Part shown: in pieces, positions 1 through 7,510 of the stretch
Numbering within the stretch: position 1 is the stretch's first letter
How the letters are laid out: each line of letters opens with the position of its first letter
Source of the DNA: Candidatus Omnitrophota bacterium
GTDB lineage: Bacteria > Omnitrophota > Gorgyraeia > Gygaellales > Profunditerraquicolaceae
Direction of reading: 5' to 3'
NCBI GenBank assembly: GCA_043808425.1
Contig: JAZDEW010000072.1
Span: 1-61,721 of the forward strand
Length of the DNA: 61,721 nucleotides
The notes under the pieces: model-generated
The model's input: the letters and a program-made list of their open reading frames with translations, nothing else
Databases searched by the model: none
What the model was told of the DNA's origin: nothing
Program-made: the position numbers and the translations under genes

Positions 1-259
1 AGCTCTGTTGTTTTTTATCCAGCTGGATGAATTTTACACCTGTCCGACAGTTATAATTTTTCCTAGGCAACTTAGTGGTGTATATAATTTCAGCTTGTAG
101 CTTAGGTAAAAGTTTAATGTTAGGAGTAATAATTATATTTAAGCCCTTTTTTAGCTTGCGGGCCGCAGCGATGCCCATACCGCTGCGGCTTAGGTCTAAA
201 ATATAGCCTTTTAACTTTTTATTTTTTACATATTCTATTTGCAGATATATTTTTTTCAT
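1..259 (-). CDS. PilZ-domain protein, partial (start codon at 259, C-terminus runs off the window edge)
   Basis: My own reverse-complement translation from the ATG at 259-257 reads MKKIYLQIEYVKNKKLKGYILDLSRSGMGIAAARKLKKGLNIIITPNIKLLPKLQAEIIYTTKLPRKNYNCRTGVKFIQLDKKQQS. The DLSxxGxG core followed by a beta-rich stretch is typical of PilZ c-di-GMP receptors. It is absent from the ORF track because it is truncated. Confidence 0.5.
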   Translation of the reverse strand, partial: MKKIYLQIEYVKNKKLKGYILDLSRSGMGIAAARKLKKGLNIIITPNIKLLPKLQAEIIYTTKLPRKNYNCRTGVKFIQLDKKQQS

Positions 260-374
260 AATAGCTGAAGACACAAAGTGAACTTTTTAAACATACACTA
301 GCCTGCCGGAAACAGGTATTTAGCAAAATTTTGCACTATTTTAGCGGTTAAATCATTCAAGTTTAAAACTATAA

Positions 375-448
375 TGACGGCGAGTGGAGTTGGACCACTG
401 ACCGAGCGGGTATGAGCCGCTTGCTCTACCAGTCTGAGCTACGCCGTC
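375..448 (-). tRNA. tRNA-Met (anticodon CAT), elongator type, with a non-canonical T-loop
   Basis: The reverse complement GACGGCGTAGCTCAGACTGGTAGAGCAAGCGGCTCATACCCGCTCGGTCAGTGGTCCAACTCCACTCGCCGTCA folds as a 74-nt cloverleaf. It has a 7-bp acceptor stem, a GCTC/GAGC D stem, an AGCGG/CCGCT anticodon stem and the loop CTCATAC. The G1-C72 pair and the lack of a GGG/CCC anticodon stem argue against initiator identity. The T-loop reads TCCAACT instead of TTCRANT. Confidence 0.8.
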
Positions 449-472
449 ATAAACTAACTTCAAATTTATCAA

Positions 473-1261
473 TTACTTTTTCCGATAAGCGTCTAAATAC
501 GAATCACAATAAATATTTTTATTTAAAATAAGCTCAGCGGTAATCAATGTATCCATCAGCGCTTTATCATTAGGATCAAGTATAGCAGAATCTAAACCAG
601 ATGCAACTGCCAAAGTCAGAAATGTGCGATTAATCAGGCTCCGAGTTTTTACGCCTTGGGAAATATTGCTTAAGCCAATAATTGTTTTCGGGCCAGGTTC
701 AGAAATCAGCTTAAACTCAGCCATCGCCGCCAAAATACCGGGAATTTGGTTTTGCGCCACGTTAATGGGCATAACTATCGGATCAAGATACAAATCGGCA
801 ACAGGAAACCCCCCCTCAATAACATGCGTAAGAATCATCGCCGCTAACTCTACGCGCTGATCTTTATTCTGCGGAATACCTTTAGCGCTAATGGCTATTC
901 CAATGAGCTTAGATTTATATTTCATGGCCAGGGGAATAAGTATTTCCAGCTTTTCTGTATCTGCCGTCGTAGAATTTATTATAGTTTTATTTTTGGCAGC
1001 TTTTAGGCCCGCTTCAATAATTTTAGGCTTACTGGAATCAAGACAAAGCGGTTTATCGGTTATTTCCTGGATTACCTCCACTAACCAAGGCATATCAATT
1101 AAGGGATTTTTAGATGCTGGGCCACAACATACATCCAGAGCATCCGCGCCATGAGCAATTTGCTCCAACGCGCAGGATTGCACGATTTTTTTATCGTGAT
1201 CCTTAAGCGCCAAAGCGATATTGGCATACATCCCGTTAATTAACTCACCAATTATAAACAT
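473..1261 (-). CDS. acsE: methyltetrahydrofolate:corrinoid/iron-sulfur protein Co-methyltransferase (MeTr)
   Basis: Collinear similarity, from memory, to Moorella AcsE: MFIIGELINGM..., LDVCCGPA, CLDSS, INST, GLSNISQG, INRTFL, CDSY. I moved the start from 1285 to the ATG at 1261, which has a strong AAGGGGG Shine-Dalgarno 5 nt upstream and removes the overlap with acsD. Confidence 0.9.
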   Translation of the reverse strand: MFIIGELINGMYANIALALKDHDKKIVQSCALEQIAHGADALDVCCGPASKNPLIDMPWLVEVIQEITDKPLCLDSSKPKIIEAGLKAAKNKTIINSTTADTEKLEILIPLAMKYKSKLIGIAISAKGIPQNKDQRVELAAMILTHVIEGGFPVADLYLDPIVMPINVAQNQIPGILAAMAEFKLISEPGPKTIIGLSNISQGVKTRSLINRTFLTLAVASGLDSAILDPNDKALMDTLITAELILNKNIYCDSYLDAYRKK

Positions 1262-1277
1262 AATTCCCCCTTCTAAA

Positions 1278-2216
1278 TTAAACACTAAACTCTAAACTCT
1301 CTATATATCTATTAACTTTCTCTATTGCCTTAGGGTGGCGCATAACCAAAAGATCCGCTCCCGCTTGAATAAGGCTAGTGGCGGTGAGTGCCTCCCAAAT
1401 AATTCCCTGTTGAGGACTAATTTTTGCCTCTTTAGTCTTCCAGGCCTCCTGGCCGATGAAGCAAATAAATGGCGAAGCCAAAACTTTGTCCCCGGACAAA
1501 GCCGCCAGCCTGGAGCGTTCCATAATAGAATAAGCATATTCCAAACCATACCCTAACGCGCCGATAGTCGGATTAATTACTATGCGCTCCAGGCTTAAGC
1601 CCATATCAGAAATTAAAATATTTAACTGTTTGGCAATATTAATATCAATCGGGCTTTCGGCAATAATGCTATGGCCGTCAGCTAATACGCTAGCCACTAA
1701 GGTTTTATAATTATCTTGTACAGCGCAACCAATCAGGCAATGCTCTGAGCTGGCGGCCTCCGAACAAGCCGGCATAATCAGATTATCTTTAGCGTCATCC
1801 CCGCTTCCGGTAATGATTAAAGGAACATTAACTCTATTTAATAATGTAGCAATAAACTTTGAGGCCGCTTGTGGGCTTTTATCTCCAAAATCAGGATGCG
1901 TTCCCTGCATTTTCAAACAAAGCAACTCGGCCTTATATTCATGAACACAAATATCCGCCCAGGCCAAGGGATCATTTATGGCTTTCCCGTACGCGGCAAT
2001 TAACTCTTCATCGAAGTCCAAAGGGGGAATATCCCAAATCTCAAAGGCAATCTTGGGCTTATGAGGAATAACGCCTTCCCTAAACAATAAAGGTAAAGTG
2101 GTTTGCCCGCCGATTTTTATAACCTCGCTGCGAGAACCGCCTTCTGCTTTTTTAGCTCCGATCGTTACAGTGGAAATTATCCCCGGCCATTTTTCAAGCG
2201 CTAATGATGACTCCAT
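1278..2216 (-). CDS. acsD: corrinoid iron-sulfur protein small subunit (CFeSP delta, CdhD-like)
   Basis: The size (about 312 aa), TIM-barrel-like sequence and position between cooC and acsE match acsD. The start was set to the ATG at 2216 (MESSLALEKW), which is preceded by GGGAGG. The ORF-track start is 2231. Confidence 0.8.
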   Translation of the reverse strand: MESSLALEKWPGIISTVTIGAKKAEGGSRSEVIKIGGQTTLPLLFREGVIPHKPKIAFEIWDIPPLDFDEELIAAYGKAINDPLAWADICVHEYKAELLCLKMQGTHPDFGDKSPQAASKFIATLLNRVNVPLIITGSGDDAKDNLIMPACSEAASSEHCLIGCAVQDNYKTLVASVLADGHSIIAESPIDINIAKQLNILISDMGLSLERIVINPTIGALGYGLEYAYSIMERSRLAALSGDKVLASPFICFIGQEAWKTKEAKISPQQGIIWEALTATSLIQAGADLLVMRHPKAIEKVNRYIESLEFSV

Positions 2217-2953
2217 ATTTGGCCTCCCCATGAATTAAGCAGTGTTAAAATTCGCGCGTCTGATTTTAAATCAAAAACTGACCCGCCCCGTAAACTTAAG
2301 TCCTCAATTCGCGGATCCAGCGGCAAGTTTCCTAAATGCTCCAAACCGGTTTCTTTAATTTTATCTTTTTGAATATCTTTATTAAAACGGTTAATCAGAA
2401 GAAAGCTTTTTTTAACTTCAAATTTTAAAATATTGGCTAGCTCGATTATTCTTTTAGCTGATTTTAAACCCACGCCAGAGGCATCCGATACCACCAGCAA
2501 TAAATCCGCAAAACGGCAAGTACGTCGAGACAAGTGCTCTAATCCGGCCTCATTATCCACCACGATATAATCATAATCATTGATTAACCTGGCCATTAAG
2601 CCGCGTAAAACGTTATTTACGTAACAATAACATCCCGGCCCCTCAGGCTTGCCCATACTTAATAAATCAAAACCTTCCTCTTCCTGAATGGCTGCCTGAA
2701 CCTGATGTTGAATAAAACGCTCTTTGGTCATTCCCGCGGGAACTGGATGCAAAGCCGTGGACAGATTATCCAGAATTGTACCCACATTATTCCCTGCCAA
2801 CATACCCAAAACCTCACCTAAATTGCTATTGGGGTCCGCATCGATGGCTAAGATTGAACCCATTTTTTTCTCTTTAAGACAACGGACAATCAGGGCGGCA
2901 ATCGTAGTTTTTCCCGTACCACCTTTTCCGGCCAAGGCAATAACGTATCCCAT
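2201..2953 (-). CDS. cooC: CooC/AcsF-type nickel-insertion ATPase (CODH/ACS maturation factor)
   Basis: It has a deviant Walker A (ALAGKGGTGKTT), a CxC metal motif (GPGCYCYV) and a MinD/ParA-like fold signature. It is embedded in the acs cluster. Confidence 0.85.
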   Translation of the reverse strand: MGYVIALAGKGGTGKTTIAALIVRCLKEKKMGSILAIDADPNSNLGEVLGMLAGNNVGTILDNLSTALHPVPAGMTKERFIQHQVQAAIQEEEGFDLLSMGKPEGPGCYCYVNNVLRGLMARLINDYDYIVVDNEAGLEHLSRRTCRFADLLLVVSDASGVGLKSAKRIIELANILKFEVKKSFLLINRFNKDIQKDKIKETGLEHLGNLPLDPRIEDLSLRGGSVFDLKSDARILTLLNSWGGQIWSHH

Positions 2954-4878
2954 TAGAATTTTACCGTGGGAAACTTGGCCAAATCTGTATGCGGAAAAAA
3001 TAACGCCTGGCTGTATTCCTCCATGTATTTTGAATCCACGGATAATTCAAAATAAGTAATTTTAGAAACTAGCGTATCCGCCATAAACATCGCCTGGCTA
3101 GATAAAAGTATTTCTCGAGAACCAGCCAAAGAGCTATTCCCAATAAAGATAAATTTAGAACGCTCCAAATCCGGCAATAACCCAATACGGATGGCTTTCT
3201 CAATATCCAGGTACGTGCCAAATCCACCGGCGATAAATATCTTAGAAATCGCGGAAAATTCCAAAGCTAAATGTTTAACTAAAATAGCGCAGGCGGAATA
3301 TATTGCCCCCTTGGAACGCTTAAGATTTTCAATATCCGCTTCATTAATCACAATATCCGCTTGCGCCTGAATTTCTTCTTTGAAACAAACCACAAACTCT
3401 TTACCATTAACGCCTGAACGAATCCGCTGGCCGGTGACTTTAATCTTTCCACCCTTATCCATTATTCCGGAATCCAACATTTCGCTGAGCAAATCAATAT
3501 AGCCTGATCCGCAAATGCCCCGGGGTAATTTATCCTGAATCGTCGTATACTTAACGCTGAAATCACTTCTATTTATACTTACTTTTTGAATTGCCCCGCT
3601 ACTGGCGCGCATACCGCTAGTTACCCCGCTGCCTTCAAAGGCCGGGCCGGCCGATGCCGCGCAGGCGACTAAAAAATCACGATTACCTAAGACAATCTCT
3701 CCGTTTGTCCCGATATCAATTAAAATACAGGGCTCTTTTTTTTGATAGATGCCACTGGATAATATTCCCGCGGTGGTATCACCGCCCACATAGCTAGAAA
3801 CTCCGGGAACACAGCTTAATAATCCCCGCGGATTAATCTTGATCCCCGCTTCAGCGGCGCGCAAAACCGGTAAAAAATTTGCAGTAGGCACATACGGCTG
3901 ACGGCGGATATGTGCCGGATCCATGCTTAAAAGCAGATGAATCATCGTCGTGTTTCCCGAACAAACAATGCAATTAACATCATTAAGATCTACCTGGTGC
4001 TCGCTGACCAAATCATTAATGATTTGATTTATCGTATCCGAAACAGCATTATGTAATTTTTCTAAACCATCGGTATTTACCGCATAAACAATGCGGGTAA
4101 TTACATCACTACCAAAAACAGCCTGCTGGTTATAAGTTGCTTTAGTTGCCAAAATTTTCTTTGAATTTAAATTTACCAGCTGCCCGGAAATAGTCGTCGT
4201 TCCAATATCAAAACAAAGCCCAAAATTCCTGGCCGTTGTATCCCCGGGCTCAATCAGAACAATTTCAATCGTATCGTTGCGCCGGCCTAAAGTAACGGTA
4301 ATTTTCCAGGCATAGTCGCGTAATAATTCACCTAGTTGACGAATATTAAATAACCCGGTTGTCAGCCGAGGAAATTCCCCAAAACCGCGCAAGGCCCGAT
4401 ACAATCTTTCTAAATCACTGATACTGTCATTAAGCGTCGGCTCGGGAAGCTCTAAATATAATTTCGTGGCAAAGGGTGAATGGTTAAAGAGCCTATCCTC
4501 AAATTTTGCCTTCACGGATTGAATATCTTCCGCCTTAGAATATAGGCCGCTGAGCCGCTGGCCTAACTCTTCCGGTGTAAGCTGATCAAAATTAATCCGC
4601 GAACTATCCGGAATTAAGACCTCTAAATCACTGTGAATAGTTGTCAAGCAAGCCAAATACACATTATCTTTTTTCTCTTGCGCGGTGATTATTCCATTTG
4701 GCTGGCTATGGACTTGCCCACGGCTAACCGTCACCTTGCATCGCCCGCAAATTCCATCTCCGCCACAGTTAGAGTTAAGATAAACTCCCACAGAAATTGC
4801 TGCGGCAAGAATAGTCTTATCCTTTTCAACGGCAATAGATAAGTTGTCAGGAAGAAATGTAACTTTAAATTTTTGCAT
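2953..4878 (-). CDS. acsV: reductive activator of corrinoid iron-sulfur protein (RACo; 2Fe-2S ferredoxin domain plus ASKHA ATPase)
   Basis: An N-terminal plant-type ferredoxin motif (CGGDGICGRCKV ... C) is followed by a large ASKHA/acetate-kinase-like domain (DIGTTT, DIGTNGE). At 641 aa, the architecture and acs neighbourhood match RACo. Confidence 0.8.
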   Translation of the reverse strand: MQKFKVTFLPDNLSIAVEKDKTILAAAISVGVYLNSNCGGDGICGRCKVTVSRGQVHSQPNGIITAQEKKDNVYLACLTTIHSDLEVLIPDSSRINFDQLTPEELGQRLSGLYSKAEDIQSVKAKFEDRLFNHSPFATKLYLELPEPTLNDSISDLERLYRALRGFGEFPRLTTGLFNIRQLGELLRDYAWKITVTLGRRNDTIEIVLIEPGDTTARNFGLCFDIGTTTISGQLVNLNSKKILATKATYNQQAVFGSDVITRIVYAVNTDGLEKLHNAVSDTINQIINDLVSEHQVDLNDVNCIVCSGNTTMIHLLLSMDPAHIRRQPYVPTANFLPVLRAAEAGIKINPRGLLSCVPGVSSYVGGDTTAGILSSGIYQKKEPCILIDIGTNGEIVLGNRDFLVACAASAGPAFEGSGVTSGMRASSGAIQKVSINRSDFSVKYTTIQDKLPRGICGSGYIDLLSEMLDSGIMDKGGKIKVTGQRIRSGVNGKEFVVCFKEEIQAQADIVINEADIENLKRSKGAIYSACAILVKHLALEFSAISKIFIAGGFGTYLDIEKAIRIGLLPDLERSKFIFIGNSSLAGSREILLSSQAMFMADTLVSKITYFELSVDSKYMEEYSQALFFPHTDLAKFPTVKF

Positions 4879-4919
4879 AATTGACTTAAACCTTGAATCA
4901 ATTGTAAACTCTATAAGTT

Positions 4920-4940
4920 ATAGCTAATAGCTCATAGCTG
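4920..4940. repeat. heptamer tandem repeat ATAGCTN x3
   Basis: ATAGCTA ATAGCTC ATAGCTG was read directly. It lies in the 67-bp acsC/RACo intergenic spacer and shares the 11-mer ATCAGCTATGA (minus strand) with the array at 35112-35150. Confidence 0.8.
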
Positions 4941-4945
4941 ATCAC

Positions 4946-6283
4946 TTACAGCTTACCGCTATTCTTTAAAAATGCTGGTATTCCGGCTGCTTCTTTAGGG
5001 CCGACAATGATCCTAAATCCCGATTGATCCTGAAGATCGCCGCTAATCATGGCCACATAGCCGGGAATAATCAAATTCTTATGTCTAATTACCTTTGCTA
5101 CCCCAAAGCTCTCCAATGATTTTGTAATTGCTTGTGCGTTAAATTTTTCCGCCGCCCAGGCAGTAAGCACAGACATGCCCTGGGTATCGACGCTTAAAAT
5201 ATATGCCGGTATTTTACTAGCCTCCACCTCTGCCAAAACAGTATAATAACTTAAGGAAAAATTAGTGGTAACCAAAACCGGTGAATCCTGATTTGCTTGC
5301 CCGACGGAATAAAGCCGAGAATCAATCTGCAAGGGTTTTTGCGGATCAGTATAAATATTTTGCCGCAAAGTCAAAATTGAAAGAACTTCCCAGGCAGCCA
5401 GGCCTTTAATCAAAACAATCCCGGCATATTTAGCAATATAAGCGCCTGCCTCCATCGCCTCTTCATAAGGATCGGCGCTCTGAACAGTTGCCAAAGTCGG
5501 ATAGCCCAATGCGCGATTTGATTTCTTAAGTGCTTGCCGGCGAATTTGTGTTAAATCCCAGATTTTATCCGTCAGGGGTTTTATCCCGGTATCCAGGACC
5601 AGCTCTTTTACCCCTAAGCTATTGAGCTCCTTAGTCAGTTGACTTAGCTGGTCAATATCCTGCCCGGTTACAACTAAGGGCAACTGGAATTCTTTAGCGA
5701 TGGCAGCGATTTGCGTAAAATTATTCTGCACCGCGGAATAAAGCAGCGGTTTACGCTGGCAGCTGATCGCGGATGCCTGCCTTAAAGCAACCAGGTCGCT
5801 GCTCATCAACATAAGCGGTAAAGTAGTATACTCTAGAAGCAATTTAGTTGCCTCCAGGAATCTTGAGGCATCCGTATTTTGCTTTAGAGCAATCAAATTA
5901 ACTCTAAGCTCCTGGCCAATACGTTCAAATTTTAATTGGTTAATTTTATCTAACCGCTCTTTTATTTGGGTATCGCCCAGATTATCATCAATGATAAAAC
6001 CTACTGCCGGAGGATTACGAAATTTTTCTTCATGCCTAAACATTACTGTTTCATTACCAATATCAATCTTCGATTCAAGATTACCCAGGGTAATTAATTT
6101 AATCGGTGGCAAGGCCTGCGCTTCTAAAATACTCCTAGACTCAGGCGAAAGAAAAGGGCATTTTTCAATCGGCAATACTTTCTTAGCCAACTGCATAGCA
6201 AAAGCCAGGCAAGTAGCTAAACCGCACTGGCGACAATTTGTTTTGGGCAATAACTTATAAATATCTAAACCCGAAAGTGCCAT
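4946..6283 (-). CDS. acsC: corrinoid iron-sulfur protein large subunit (CFeSP gamma, CdhE-like)
   Basis: MALSGLDIYKLLPKTNCRQCGLATCLAFAMQLAKK is the canonical AcsC N-terminal 4Fe-4S motif (CxxCx4C...C). At 445 aa the length matches Moorella AcsC, from memory. The ORF-track start at 6469 adds 62 residues that are simply a translation of the 111-bp tandem repeat, so I reject that extension. Confidence 0.85.
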   Translation of the reverse strand: MALSGLDIYKLLPKTNCRQCGLATCLAFAMQLAKKVLPIEKCPFLSPESRSILEAQALPPIKLITLGNLESKIDIGNETVMFRHEEKFRNPPAVGFIIDDNLGDTQIKERLDKINQLKFERIGQELRVNLIALKQNTDASRFLEATKLLLEYTTLPLMLMSSDLVALRQASAISCQRKPLLYSAVQNNFTQIAAIAKEFQLPLVVTGQDIDQLSQLTKELNSLGVKELVLDTGIKPLTDKIWDLTQIRRQALKKSNRALGYPTLATVQSADPYEEAMEAGAYIAKYAGIVLIKGLAAWEVLSILTLRQNIYTDPQKPLQIDSRLYSVGQANQDSPVLVTTNFSLSYYTVLAEVEASKIPAYILSVDTQGMSVLTAWAAEKFNAQAITKSLESFGVAKVIRHKNLIIPGYVAMISGDLQDQSGFRIIVGPKEAAGIPAFLKNSGKL

Positions 6284-6291
6284 ATTTATCT

Positions 6292-6518
6292 TTGATACTT
6301 CGACGGTATTCAAACCGCGCCCTTCAATACGCGGTAAAGGCATACCGCTCAGTATCAATCCTGAGCAAACCCCAGGCTTTAGCCTGGGGTGCGTCGAACG
6401 GATTGATACTTCGACGGTATTCAAACCGCGCCCTTCAATACGCGGTAAAAGCATACCGCTCAGTATCAATCCTGAGCAAACCCCAGGCTTTAGCCTGGGG
6501 TGCGTCGAACGGATTGAT
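6292..6518. repeat. 111-bp tandem direct repeat, two copies plus a few nt of a third, each containing a 9-bp GC-rich hairpin
   Basis: The unit GATACTTCGACGGTATTCAAACCGCGCCCTTCAATACGCGGTAAAGGCATACCGCTCAGTATCAATCCTGAGCAAACCCCAGGCTTTAGCCTGGGGTGCGTCGAACGGATT starts at 6294 and again at 6405. I see one mismatch (AAAGG versus AAAAG). Each copy contains CCCCAGGCT-TT-AGCCTGGGG. Confidence 0.9.
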
Positions 6519-7179
6519 TAATCAAACTAGCAAAGTAGCCCGCCCCAAATCCATTATCAATATTAACCACACTTACTCCCGGAGAACAGCCATTTAGCAT
6601 CGTCAACAGCGCGGCTAGCCCGGAAAAACTAGATCCATATCCACAGCTGGTCGGTACCGCCACAATGGGCGCCTTGACCAGGCCGCTGACTAGGCTGGCT
6701 AAAGCCCCTTCCATGCCCGCGACCACCACAATTACTTGAGCTTTTTTTAATTTATCGATATTATTCATCAAGCGATGCACTCCGGCTACACCTACATCAT
6801 AAAGCTTTTCCACTCGATTACCCATAACCTCCAGGGTTTGCGCTGCTTCTTCCGCCACCGGAATATCCGCTGTTCCGGCAGAAACCACTAAAACTAAACC
6901 TTTGGATAAAGCTTTAGGCGCGCTTAAATAATATCCAATTTTTGCCAGCTCATTATATTTTAAAACAGGGATAGCTTTTTTTAAAAAAAAGAACGTAGCT
7001 TTGTCTAGCTTGGTTAAAAGCAGGTCTTCATGGGATTTGATTATTTTTTTGGCAATTACCCTTAAGTGCAAACGGTCTTTTCCCGGGCAATAGATAACTT
7101 CCGCGAATCCTTTTCTTTTCTTTCTATCCGTATCAATTTTAGCAAACCCTAAGTCACAAAACCCCTGATCTGCAGGCAT
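6490..7179 (-). CDS. larB: LarB-like (PurE-related, COG1691) nickel-pincer cofactor biosynthesis carboxylase/hydrolase
   Basis: The N-terminal DLGFAKIDTDRKKRKGFAEVIYCPGK and the C-terminal PurE-like fold (VVSAGTADIPVAEEA, VVVAGMEGALASLV) fit LarB. The last roughly 9 codons and the stop codon lie inside repeat copy 2. Confidence 0.7.
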   Translation of the reverse strand: MPADQGFCDLGFAKIDTDRKKRKGFAEVIYCPGKDRLHLRVIAKKIIKSHEDLLLTKLDKATFFFLKKAIPVLKYNELAKIGYYLSAPKALSKGLVLVVSAGTADIPVAEEAAQTLEVMGNRVEKLYDVGVAGVHRLMNNIDKLKKAQVIVVVAGMEGALASLVSGLVKAPIVAVPTSCGYGSSFSGLAALLTMLNGCSPGVSVVNIDNGFGAGYFASLINQSVRRTPG

Positions 7180-7183
7180 TACT

Positions 7184-7510
7184 CTATAAGCCCCGGTAAA
7201 CCAGATACCCCAACAGGAGGATAAAGATTAGGGCAAAAATATAAAAATCATTAAAATAAAAAAAATCATGAATCCTGCTGCCCAACCCTTCAGACTTTCC
7301 TTTGGCTTCCTGGGGCTTTAAAAGAACCTGATTCTTTTTGTATTGCTCAACCTGCTCGGCTTTAAATCTTAGGTATACGCCTCCTACCTTGTAACCCGGA
7401 ATCGTTCCGTTCTCGGTTAGATCCAAAACATCTTTTTCCGTGACTCCAAGTATAACTGATACATCTCTAACCGTAAGCATTTTTTCTTCAGTCATTAATT
7501 TATTTTCCAA
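7184..7510 (-). CDS. membrane-anchored excisionase/MerR-type HTH protein
   Basis: An HTH_17-like segment (LTVRDVSVILGVTEKDVLDLTENGTIPGYKVGGVYLRFKAEQVEQY) is followed by a linker and a single C-terminal TM helix (FYIFALIFILLLGYLVY). It overlaps the upstream gene by 11 nt. Confidence 0.6.
   Translation of the reverse strand: MENKLMTEEKMLTVRDVSVILGVTEKDVLDLTENGTIPGYKVGGVYLRFKAEQVEQYKKNQVLLKPQEAKGKSEGLGSRIHDFFYFNDFYIFALIFILLLGYLVYRGL

Noticed and set aside
1285-1299. A CTAAACT x2 heptamer repeat at the acsD/acsE junction, as another intergenic heptamer array.
   Set aside because: It lies inside the acsD coding sequence (encoding ...LEFSV) and has only two units, so it is most likely coincidental.
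6284-6469. A 62-aa N-terminal extension of acsC in the ORF track (MILSGMLLPRIEGRGLNTVEVS... repeated twice).
   Set aside because: It is a translation of the 111-bp tandem repeat, whose period is a multiple of 3. The canonical AcsC Fe-S N-terminus begins at the M encoded at 6283. The opposite strand is equally open, and the repeat contains strong hairpins.
6292-6518. A CRISPR array or a tandem riboswitch as the explanation for the 111-bp repeats.
   Set aside because: There are no unique spacers between repeats and no cas genes, so it is not CRISPR. The copies are about 99% identical, which indicates recent duplication rather than the diverged aptamers of true tandem riboswitches. I could not match the unit to THF, NiCo, ZTP or cobalamin consensus from memory.
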